From positions 64,666,001-64,730,000 of the forward strand of contig JBITNC010000001.1 of the NCBI GenBank assembly GCA_050084985.1: DNA of 64,000 nucleotides. Reading direction: 5' to 3'. Below the pieces are notes generated by a model, which did not search any database, had not been told where the DNA came from, and worked only from the letters and a program-made list of their open reading frames with translations. The position numbers and the translations under genes are program-made. Positions 38,101 to 50,100 of this stretch are shown one piece after another. Origin of the DNA: Nageia nagi. Its lineage: Eukaryota > Plantae > Pinophyta. Each line of letters begins with the position of its first letter. Positions within the stretch are counted from its first letter, which is position 1.

Positions 38101-41100
38101 CGTTTCTCTCTGCATAATAATAGTTCCTTGAATAAATTGCAATTATTATGCCGTTAAACCCCCCTCCACATAGGTCAGGGGTTGAAATTACAATGCCAAG
38201 TCATAACTACAAAATGGTATTGAAAGTAATTTTCTACAATTCAATGAGAATATACAATTGGATTTTTGATTTCTATAGTACAAAACTGTAGCAAAATCAT
38301 TTGGATTTTGTAGGACCCAGAACCTTAAATACATCATTTGGATTTTTTATTTCTATAGTACAAAACTGTAGCAAAATCTGAAATTTATGAACATATACAT
38401 ACCTTCCAAAATAAGAAACTTTAACAGTCAAGGAGACTGCAACAAAGACAAATTTGAGACAAAATTTAAATCTTAAAAAGGCGCTATGCTTTCCTGCCTA
38501 GTTAAGCAATGTTCCACAATTCCTACAGTCAAGTTTTGAATCTTGTATGCTCCAACTCCTCTGCATCTGCTATGTTTCATTGTCTTCCGATATGTGATTC
38601 AATTATTTCAATTACTGATCTGAATTCATTTCTTGCTCGCTTCAAGACAATGCTTAGAGTTGGACAACAGATCATGTTGCTACACACTCATACACTAAGT
38701 AATCTCCATTTGAGCCCTGCATCCCTCAAACATGCCCTCCAACACCCTCGGTGTTGTATGAAAGGATGAGTTTCATCAGCATTCCAAATGAGCTCCATGA
38801 TCCGCCCATCCCTGCATTCATTTTCTCTTTACAGGCCCACAACAACTCTTCTTCGCCATAGTTTAAAGCTGCAGCCATCTAGCCTAGCAGACCTCTTTGC
38901 TACAAATCTGATACGCTAAAGCAGAACTGCCTTTGAGCTTGACATCCCATGCCCTCCAACAATTCTATTTTGTAACAAATGAAAATCTTTAATTGTAAAA
39001 TTCATTGGTCACTCTTAGTTGCAAATTGATATTTGTCCCTGATAGAAATCATATTTAATATTAAGGATACAAAAATTGTTAAACTTAGCAAGCAAATTTA
39101 ACAAAATAGCATAAATATTAACCAGAAATAATAGAAAAGTTTAACATGGAAAACCTTTTTCTATGCATGGAAAAACCACATGGCAAAAGGCAGTTTCAAT
39201 CTTTTATTAATCTCAGAAAACATTACACTTTTGTCACCCTCTCTATCTGAGATACATCTATTAATAGAACAACTATACATCTTATGATAGAACAATTGTA
39301 CATCTATTAATAGAACAACAATATGTCTCTTATGTATCTGCATCCCCAAAATTAAGTTTACTGCTCCAAAATCCTTCATATCAAATGTACTAGCCAGTTG
39401 ATCCTTGAGATCATTGATTTTCTTTATGCTAGAGCTTGCAACTAGCATATCATTAACATACAACAACAAAATACTTTGAAATACTCTTTTTATATTTTTG
39501 AAACATATATCCAAATTTATAGTTTATGTCAACTACTACTCTATTGATTCTAGAGAAATCAATTGAATCCAATGATATTGATATGTATAAATTAAACACA
39601 AAGAAATGAATCCAATCCATTTTTAGAGGCAAATGATGGGAATTGAACCCGCTCGTGGTGGATTTACAATCCACTAAGCCTTGAGATCATTGATTTTCTT
39701 CATGCTAGGACTTGCGACTAGCATATCATCAACATACAACAACAAAATAATGAAACTTCCATCATCAAACCTCTTATAATATGCACAATGGTTATTTTCA
39801 CTTTTGCTGAAACTTTGGCTCTTCATGGTGTCAAATTTTCTGTACCACATCCTTGGTGCCTGTTTCAAAACATATAGAGATTTCTTGAGTCTGCAAACTA
39901 AATTCTCTTTGCTTCTTTCTTTATAGCCCTTAGGCTGATCCTTAAGATCACCATGTAAGAAAGTGTTTTCACATCAAGTTGCTTCAGCTTTAGATTTTGT
40001 GCTGCAAGTAAAACTCTAACAGTAGTTAGCTTTACAGTTGGTGAAAATATTTCATTTAAGTCTATACCTGACTTCTAAACATAATCTTTTCCCACCAAGC
40101 AAGCTTTATATTCACTTTCATCTTTGTTCGTATCTACTTCAACAATCACAATGTTAAGTGTTTGTTGTTTCTCTTTCCTTTGAATGAATTTCGCATTAAC
40201 AGTAACATCCTGACTAATAAGTACGTTGTGGGCAGTAGGAACCCACAATCTATTCCCTATTACTATATCTCCATAGTCAAGAAAAACACAACTTTTACTA
40301 GTGCTTGCAGTAAACCAAACCTCTTTTGTTTATCAAGAATATAGTACTCACACAAGTCTAAATTACAAAACTTAATCCTTGAAAACATCATTGTGTCCTA
40401 AACATTACTGGAATTTGTTGTTGTTGCATAGTTTCTTACCATATTACCACACAAATGATATAGGGTGAGAAAATTGTTCTAATATGGGGTTGGTCATTTT
40501 GAACCAACAAATCCTCCACATTCATATTCCCTAGGGCAAAGTTACTTCCCTTAAACTTCTCACTCGCACAAAAATCTAAACGAGTTTCAAGAGAACCTAG
40601 CTTTGGTACCAACTGTTAGAACTCAACGAGCAAACGATAACAAAATAGCATAAATATTAACCAAAAGTAACATAAAAGTTTAACGTGGAAAACCTTGTTG
40701 TATGCAGGGAAAAACCACAAGGCAAAAGACAGCTTTGATCTTTTATTGATCTTAGAGAACATTACACTTTTCTCACCTCTCTATATGAGATACCCCTCAT
40801 AAACGCTCTCATACATACCCCTCATAAATGCTCTCATGCATACCTCTCATGCAGGCTCTCATACATTGTATCAACTATAAGGGGTCATTCCCTCTTTATA
40901 GAACATAATAGCCTATCTGGAGGGGCGAATGAATGCTCCACACGTGATTAGCATGCGAGAAGGAAGGCGAGCCCGGAGAGAAGTATGTGCGGATGGGACA
41001 TGCTTTCCCTCTTTACTGCCGCCACGAATTGTAATGACCCTATTTTTGAGAATATCTTGTATTTGGGATTTTCCACAAATCTCTTCTTCTACAAGTCAGA

Positions 41101-44100
41101 TATGGCCATTGCACCTTTAGAATTGGATAGAGCATCTCGTGGCATTTGTTTTAAGTGGTCATATGACTCCTTTTGGACGAGAAACGAAGGAGTTATGGCT
41201 ACTTGAAGTTCGCCAGTGGGATCAGTTTTTCATATTGCGTCCACACATGAAAATCCACTTAACTTAGTGGATTTCTACTTAAAAGTGCAACGTTGGATTA
41301 TAATAAGCTTTTATGTTATTCTAATGTTATTTTAAGTACTTTTATTTGTAATAAAGCCAATCAATGGCTTAGATTAGCTTAGAGGGGTCAATGCAAGATT
41401 AGGGTTGGAGTCTATATAAGGAGATGCAACTCTCCATTTTGGGCATATTATTGATATTGATATTGTAATGAGTCCTTGTGATTCTCATCTCCATAGTGCA
41501 TAGGTGATGATCCCTAGCATGGATGGAAGCTCTACAACTGACAAGTGATGGCCCTTGTTGTTGTATTGCCCTAGGATGATGCTTCCCTAGACCCCCAATA
41601 TTCAGAAAATACAAAAAAAGGTACCCAAGAGGAGTTTGTAGCATTTGTGGTAGTTTTAGCTTTCAGTTTGGTGTATTGTTTTAGTTCAGATTTGAGAAGT
41701 CAGCCTCCCCAAGGTAGTCGCCCATCTTTTGAGGTCACTTTTCAAACATTTATGAGGAGTTTTGCATTTGTTCCAGCCCAAGAGACCCATCGTCCATTTG
41801 TGTTAGTTTGGCATATCTAAATAAATACATTTGGCTGGTCGCTCCTCATATTTGGTGTTATTTTCAGTATTATTTCAGTATTTTATTATTTGTGTAATTT
41901 ATTTCTGCAATTTTGAATTAGGGTTTCTGCATTAAAAAAAAGGAACATTGCAAATTGGTATCAGAGCTGGAATCTTGCCAGTCTTTGGTTAGTGTCTATT
42001 TTTTTGAGTTTAGGTAGTTGTGGGTATCTTAGTTTTCGAATTTTTCTGAATTACGGTTTTCAAAAAATAGGGCTTTCAAATTTTTTTTGTGGGTATTTCA
42101 TATTCGTGTTGAAAAGTGTTTTTCTATGGTGAAAATTTATGCCTTACTGAAAATCTCAGATTTTTAGGGATTTTTTTTAGTAAATAAAAATTGCAGATTT
42201 GGATACCCTTTTGACCAATTTAAAGATCTGTGGTTTCAGAAATTTTTTTGGGTAAGATTTCAGAAATTCTAGATTTAGTTTTTTTTTTTGTGATTTGATT
42301 GGTTGTTGAAAAAGAAACCTCAAATTCGTCCATATCAGGAAACCCTATTTCGAGGGGGTCATTTAGGGTGGATTTTGGACTCTTAGCATTAGATTCAATA
42401 TGCTAAGTCAAGTACTTGACCCTTAGGAGCATTTTTGAGTGCTTTGCATACTGTTTTAAGCTTCTAGAAGGGTTTTTCAGAGGAAAAACAGGAAGGTAAC
42501 GTTTTTAAAGATTCAGTCAGTTGGAGGTATTTGTCAAGTAAATTTGAGCACCCATTAAGCTCTGCTTCTTATTGCCACGTTCAGAAAAAAATGTTGCAAT
42601 TTTTTTTTGATATGAAATCTAGCATTTCCTATGATTTCTGACCTATTTTTCAGGAATTGCACAAATAGGGTTTTGAAGGTTAATGTTTGCTAAGAGTGAA
42701 TCATGGAACTATTCAGGAGAAAAGAGAATGAGCAAAAGTTGGATGCAATGATTGCTTTGATGCAAGAGATAGTGACATTAAAAAGGGCAAGCATGCAACA
42801 AAATGGAACCAATCAACCTAAGAGGGAGAAAAGACAATTGCAACAAAAAATGACCATTCCCACTTTTAATGGTCAAGATGGTTTATCAACTTTGGGAAAA
42901 ACAGAGAAAGTTGAAATTTTCCATCAAAAGGAAGAGCTTGAGGAGAATTGTGCAGAAAATTTTGAAGTTTTTCTTACCATTGAAAAAGAGGAAAAGGGCC
43001 AAATAGAAAATTTTGAAGAAAATGTAGGTAGTGAAGACCTTTCAGCAATGGAGCATGGTTTGTCTAGCATGATTGATTTGGTGATAGAGATGCTACTCTC
43101 CCACTTAACGTTTGTTTGAAAGAGAACCAAAATACTTTCTTTTGCACATTTATACCTACACATGTTGAGAATGAATTCAATGAGAAACATGATGCTCATG
43201 ATTTGGGAAAAGAGTTAGAGAATGTTTCAAATTTGGTTTTTGCATACTCTATGGGAAAGATACAAAAGGGTGTTGAAGAATTTTCAGTTTGTGAAAGTTT
43301 GGAGAGATATGGGCTAAGATTCCAAATTAAGCCCTTAGATAATTGTGATCATAATGGCCTTAACTTTTCTTGTGTGAAGAGTTTTGCGAGGGAAAGATCA
43401 ATCACACTTGAGAATTGTGATCAACCTTTAAATGCATGGGATCTAGGAATTCTTTTCATGTATGGTAAGAGTTCTTTTGGAGGAGAGAAGCACAAGCATA
43501 TTCAGCCATGGTACATGTCTCATACTCATCTCATGGGAGGAGGATAATCCCTTGACATTTCACAAATTCTGCTATGTAAAGATAAAATCACTACAGCCAT
43601 GGTTCCTTCAAATAAAATGTTGATTTTTCTCATGTGGATGCATAGTAGGTGGTGTAGAACACTTCTCACATGGAACATTGCAAAAGGAGATACTTTTTCA
43701 TGGACATATGTGGTATCTTTTCACTTCTTTTTGTGGTTTTCATGGATTTACAAGTTGCTGATTCAGTTTTGGTATTTGAAGTGGAGTCTTATATGTGGAT
43801 AGAATGGTGCAAAATTCTCATTTTTTTGCAGCCAATAAATCTGATTTAAAAATCAGAAAAATTGCAGAAGAAAATGAGGACAATTGGTACATTTGTCATC
43901 ATACATGTTCACATGATATTTTCAGCCTTTTAGACAGTTGGAACAGCCAACAAAGAAGCACCATGATTGGAAAAATTGAGAGGATTACAGTTGCAAATTT
44001 GATAAAATTTTGGAACAGCAAAAGGACTAATTCCACATTTGATTGGGACACTTGTGTACATTTGGAGTATGGTTTAAAAGGCAAATGGGATAGATGGGTT

Positions 44101-47100
44101 GCACTTATTGTTGAATCTTGGCATGCATTTGTTCATAATTTTGTCTTGATGATTTCTAATTTCATTTTGAGAATGTGTCATAGTTACAGATGGGAAAATT
44201 TTCACTTCATTTTTAGGTTGATGGAGTTGAAAGACACTTCTAAAACTGATTTGATTAGTGAGTTTAATTGAGCATGCATAAGGATGAATTACATACATAA
44301 ATGTTGTCAAAACAATTATTTTCAATGGAAAAGTGTTGGTGCATCTTTCTTCATACTTGGTATTCTACATTGCAAAAAGCTTTGGACTGTTTTGATGACA
44401 ATTAGCATGGCTACAATTTATACAAATATGGCTGTATACTGCATGTTTTTTGATGCAGTAAGGGTTGAGACTGATATACATGAGTTGCAGAATTGCATGT
44501 GTTCTTTTGCTCAACTTGGGCAAGGTAAAAACAGAAAATTTCATGTGTAAAGGTGCTATGCTCAGTTATAGGGAGAAAAGGAAGATAAATTGAAACATGG
44601 GCAGCCAAGGAAACATTCCACAAAGGTACAAGCTGAATTCTGATTTTTATGACAGCAGTGTACTATTTCTTTTGGGGCATGATGATGATGAGCTTGTTGA
44701 TAGAAAACTTGATGAGTTTTAGAAATTGGTGTCTTGTGGTGATGCCAACATATTTGGATAGGTAACTTATTTTCATTTTGTCATGAATTTAAGTTATATA
44801 CTTTTTGCATTGGTTGGTTTTGAAAGTGTATTTTCAGTTATGGGAGCACATAGTCATGTTTGTTGTGGGTTTGAGCATGAAAGTGTGAGTAAGTTTCATC
44901 CATGATGTGCACATCCAGTTCAAAGTTGCTACAACAGTATAAAGAAGTATTGGGAAAGGTATGCAACATTTTTTTGGCCAAGGAAAGCAATTTATGATGA
45001 AGTCACTAATATTTGGCATGGTTTGGAAGTCATACGGGAGGTAATAAATTGTGTAATTGGCTGTGATATTATTGCTGTACATTTCATTTTCAGTCACTAT
45101 TTTCTTGAGATATTTGCTAGTTATCTTTCATTCATGCATGGCACAATGATGGGAAATAATGAAAGCACGAGGTCAGATGAGTGTAATGCATTTATGGCTG
45201 TTGGAAAGAGCAAACCAGACCTGTTACACTTTTATTCCAGCCACTTTTCCAAGTTCCCAACCATCATTATTGATGATTTATTGATGCTCCTACATAACGC
45301 AACTATGAGGGATGGAAAATCACTCAGTTGCCTACATGTTGGGAGTACAAACACCATGTTTTTACTGTTGTTATAAGAAAATCAGACTTGCTATGTATTC
45401 ATGATGGACTTGGTGATGAAGAAGCAATATGGACTTTTACCACATTTAGAGGTATGACTTGCTTTCATGAACATCATTGCTTTGATTTGGGTTTGAAGGT
45501 TACTATTTCAGTTTTGGCTAGTTTGAGAGATGCAATTTCAGCCTTTGGAAGCTTGGGTTATATTTGTTTTGGGCATAAACATAATTTGAAGAATAAGTCT
45601 CAGATTTTGATGTGCACACTTAGTTCAGTTCTGAAACAGCAGTATGAAAGGACATATAAGGAGGTATGTGGGTTGTTTGTGGTAAAGAAAATTGCTTTGA
45701 TGAAGTCTTCAATATCCTCCATTGCTTGATACATGAGTTATTGGACTTCATACATGACTTTGAAGATGGTAACAACATGACTGTTGTAATTCCATTATCT
45801 AGTTCTTATTTCATTGACACATTCACTACTACTGTTGATTTTATCATTTTTATGCATAGTACAACTAGGGAAACAATGAAAGAATGATTTTAGATATTTT
45901 TGGAAGGTTTCAACAATCTTCATTCACTGATGTATTGAAGAAATCAGACCTGTTTCATATTCAGTTTTGGCTGGCCTGCGTTAAATGAGACTTACCTTCA
46001 CTCAGTTTTGAGGTACATGGAGGCTTGAGACGGATTTGGGATAGTTTTGGTAAAGTTCTCTTTGGTAAAATTGTTTGGGATCTTGGTATCATAGATGATT
46101 TAAACTTGTTTCAGCTGAGCAGGTTAGAGTTGGTGTTGGGATTGCTTGAGGACAAGCAATTTGAGAATGGCAGACTTGTAATGACCCTATTTTTGAGAAT
46201 ATCTTGTATTTGGGATTTTCCACAAATCTCTTCTTCTACATGTTAGATATGGCCATTGCACCTTCAAAATTGGATAGAGCATCTCATGGCATTTGTTTTA
46301 AGTGGTCACATGACTCCTTTTGGACGAGAAATGAAGGAGTTATGGCTACTTGAAGTTCGCTAGTGGGATCAGTTTTTCATATTGCATCCACACATGAAAA
46401 TCCACTTAACATAGTGGATTTCTACTTAAAAGTGCAACGTTGGATTATAATAAGCTTTTATGTTATTCTAATGTTATTTTAAGCACTTTTATTTGTAATA
46501 AAGCCAATCAATGGCTTAGATTAGCTTAGAGGGGTCAATGCAAGATTAGGGTTGGACTCTATATAAGGAGATGCAACTCTTCATTTTGGGCATATTATTG
46601 ATATTGATATTGTAATGAGTCCTTGTGATTCTCATCTCCATAGTGTATAGGTGATGATCCCTAGCATGGATGGAAGCTCTACAACTGACAAGTGATGGCC
46701 CTTGTTGTTGTATTGCCCTAGGGTGATGCTTCTCTAGACCCCCAATATTCAGAAAATACAAAAAGAGGTACCCAAGAGAAGTTCATGGCATTTGTGGCAG
46801 TTTCAACTTTCAGTTTGGTGTGTTGTTTCACTTCAAATCTGAGAAGTCAGCCTCCCCAAGGTAGTCGCCATCTTTTGATGTCACTTTTCAAACATTTTTG
46901 AAGAGTTTTGCATTTGTTCTATTCCAAGAGACCCATCGCCCATGTGTGTTAGTTTGGCATATCTAAATAAATACATTTGGTTGGTCTCTCCTCATATTTG
47001 GTGTGATTTTCAGTATTATTTCAGTATTTTATTATTTGTGTAATTTATTTCTGCAATTTCAAATTAGGGTTTTTGCATTAAAAAAAAGAACATTGCACAA

Positions 47101-50100
47101 ATTAAGAGAAGATGGACCGTAGATCTGGTAGGTAGGTGGAAGGCTGGGATTAGATAGGCTATTAGGCACCTCGATCACCACCTTCTTAATAGTATCACTT
47201 GTAATGAGACTCTTAAATGACTGATCAAAAATGCTTGGAACCTCCTATGGGGGAAGAATTGAGAAGGGACCCAGAAGTATGGAGAATTTTGTATACTGGG
47301 GGCATTGATGGTTTTGTGGATGCCTTGAATGGACACAATTCTAGCTGGTACAGTTAGGTAGCCAATTCATGGGACAATGGTAGAGTTGTGGTTGATGGCA
47401 AGGACTTTACCATCAACCCAGAAATTAGAGGTAGCTACGAGGATGGAAAATGCAGGAAGACAATATAGAAGAAACGTGAAAACTCCAATCTCGGAGATAC
47501 ATTTGTTCTACAGGCCAGGGGTCCCCCTTCGTTAAATAAGGAAATCAACTTATCATATTTCAACCATTCACTACCCATGGGACAAGGTGGCCAAGGTGAT
47601 TGTGAAGTTGTTCACAATGGAAGGAAGGTACACGAAATTGTTTGGTGTCTATTTTGTATTGTTAAATCACTTCCGGGGCAATTGTAGAATCAATTTTCGT
47701 TATTTCCTGTTTCATTCCCTAGATGCTTGCATTAGGAAAAATAGGAGAGCTATGCCGGTCCACCAAGGTTTGATTAAGATTTTAGTTGAATTTGTAAATG
47801 TGGGTGCTAGAAGAATTAGGCCCTTGTATCAACAAATGCTTGTTACCCCACTATTAGATGCTACTCCTTTGGGTAACCCGGGTCGTGAAGCCCGTAGAAG
47901 CCCCTCCTTGCCTAAGGAACCAGCCAGTCTTCCAGTCATAGAGCTTTCCTCTGATTCGGATAATCCTGCCCCAGAGGAAGAAGTCCTAGAGCCAGAATCT
48001 GAACCTGAAGCAAGAATTAAGCTGGTGGACTACTGTGATGATGAGGATGATGAGGAAGAGGAGATAAACTTGCGTAGGATGGAGGTAGAAGAAGAAAAGG
48101 GAAAGGAATCACCAATTCCCCTAACTACGGGTGGGGAAGATGACATCCCTATTGAGACCCCTCTCGGTTGGAGGAGGAGTATTCAGAGGAATGTCGGGCC
48201 CCCCCAGAGGAAGATGAGGATTGGAGTTGGTCCCCACCAAAGTATGGATATCGGGAGTCAGACTCCCCCTTGAGCAACCACGGTTAGTTTGAGGAGACGG
48301 AGGAGATATAGCAACATTATGGGCCCCTTGAACAGCACCCTGAGCTGGACCCTACGGGTCCTAGCAAACTCCAAACTCTCATCCCTAGGATGAGGTTTAA
48401 AAAGGTTTATGGGAAGCAGAGGCATTTTGCCGAATGGGGACGGATTGACAAGAGAGGAAAGGAATGGTGCAATGTTAGGATGATTAGAAGAGCAGCAAAG
48501 GCTACCCAGTTTCTGTGTTATAATAAGCAGAGATTAGTTGGAGAAAGGTGGAAGGTGACTCGGGCTTCTCACCAAAAGGAAGTTCCTATAGCTATTTCGA
48601 TCCCAAACTCAGAGGGATTGACGAATATGGAGATGGAGCTGTTATGGGATTGTTTCAACAAGAAGAATTCAAATTTCGAGATTGATTAGAGACTAATTAT
48701 TCAACAAGTACATGGATGGTGCGATTCAGAAATAGTTAGGAAGGATGACAACGGTAGTTCCTCTCTCTCAGCTACTGGAAACACAACTACGGGAAGATTG
48801 TTTAGATTGTTTTGTGTCTCTTTTTGTTCCAAATGATACTCTATTGATTATCTATAACTTTGTAAATACAGGTTTTGGGGCCTTGTTTTCTGAAAACCCG
48901 CTGTAAATATTTTTTACGCTAACAAAAAAAAAACATAATAGCCTATCTAAAGGTAGTGTCTATTATTAAAGTATTTATATATAATATGTCTACTAATAGA
49001 ACAACTGTATATCTAATAATAGAACAACAACTCTTTTAATAATAGAACAATAGTACATCTAGTAATAGAACAATGTGCACTACTCTGTTGTGGAATGTTG
49101 GAGATTTGCATATTGATGTCACTTCTTAACAAAAATCATATTCCAAATAAAATTAGCATCTAATTGGAACTTAACACCCACAACCTAATGGCTACAAGCA
49201 GATATTGGAGATGAAAAGTATTATCGTGGCAATATTTTAGCCCCTTTTGAAAATTACAAAATTGAAATTTGATTGTTATGCCATGTTTATGTCGTGATTA
49301 CATGTCATCTTGAATATTACTTTTTGAAATATAGAAATTTTATAGTAACCCACTAAATGTAAGAATAAAGATTTGATGTGAGTGGTAGACACCTAACATA
49401 TCTATTAAGTTGTTATTTAATACATAAATATTGTAGATTGTTGGAAGCTGTTGGAGGTCCTTTTTGGCCGCTTCTTGTTTGAAGCCATTTTTGAGGTGTT
49501 GGACTTCATTTTCCCTTTTCAACATTCTAAACCTCTTTCCTTTATTCCTTACACATTTTTCCATCAAGGTCTGGAGCTCATCAGCTTAGAGGTTGTTTAC
49601 CGGGTTGTTCGCTTGAGGTTTTGGATGCATGGAAGTGGATTTTTTCCATGGCAACTACACAAGATTGGTCATGTGGACTATCTATCATTTAGACAAGACT
49701 TTCTCATTGTCAACTCTTTGTTTACAAGCTATTGGTAGGAGCATATGAAGGATGTCCTCATGAAGCATGACATTTGGAAGTTCATTGCCTCCTTAAAGCA
49801 TTAGGACTTCAATATTGAAGAAAATAACCATGGGAATATATGGGTGAGAGCTTCATTGAATTATATCATTGGTGAGAATGAAATAATTTAGTTTTCCAAG
49901 CAAAGCTTTGAGGGGAGTGTTAGAATAGAGGTTTGTTGTAATGGCAAGCACGTAACTTAGTTATTACGTTTTTATTCAATATGTAAGGGGTTGGCACTTA
50001 TTATGAAAAGACACAGCCTTTCACCAAATTTGGGTTATGTGTGTTATATTTATATACCAACCTACCTCACCGAGTTTTACGAAGATTCCACCATATTATG

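Larger units (their letters stand above)
40919..48931 (+). mobile_element. Poly(A)-tailed non-LTR retroposon (about 1.94 kb without the nested LTR element), no RT or endonuclease
   Basis: 17-bp TSD AACATAATAGCCTATCT (40902-40918, 48932-48948); A-tail from 48924; GC-rich 5' end. Confidence 0.85.
39077..49131 (-). mobile_element. Internally deleted Ty1/copia; its 5' LTR (40614-49131) is split by a nested retroposon
   Basis: Matching LTR segments at 39077 and 40614 (ACAAAATAGCATAAATATTAACC); TSD AAAAT (39072-39076, 49132-49136); decayed PBS TGGTACCAAAGCT; [21 protein letters not shown]. Confidence 0.85.

Noticed and set aside
38255-39000. 40-bp direct repeat and possible LINE 3' remnant
   Set aside because: No diagnostic motif, tail or TSD could be established.
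39628-39684. Functional tRNA-His gene
   Set aside because: The 5' acceptor strand and D arm are missing and the anticodon is altered (GTG>GTA).
42703-45887. Host genes among the + strand ORFs in the LTR element interior
   Set aside because: Short, no recognisable domains or splice structure, and enclosed by LTRs.
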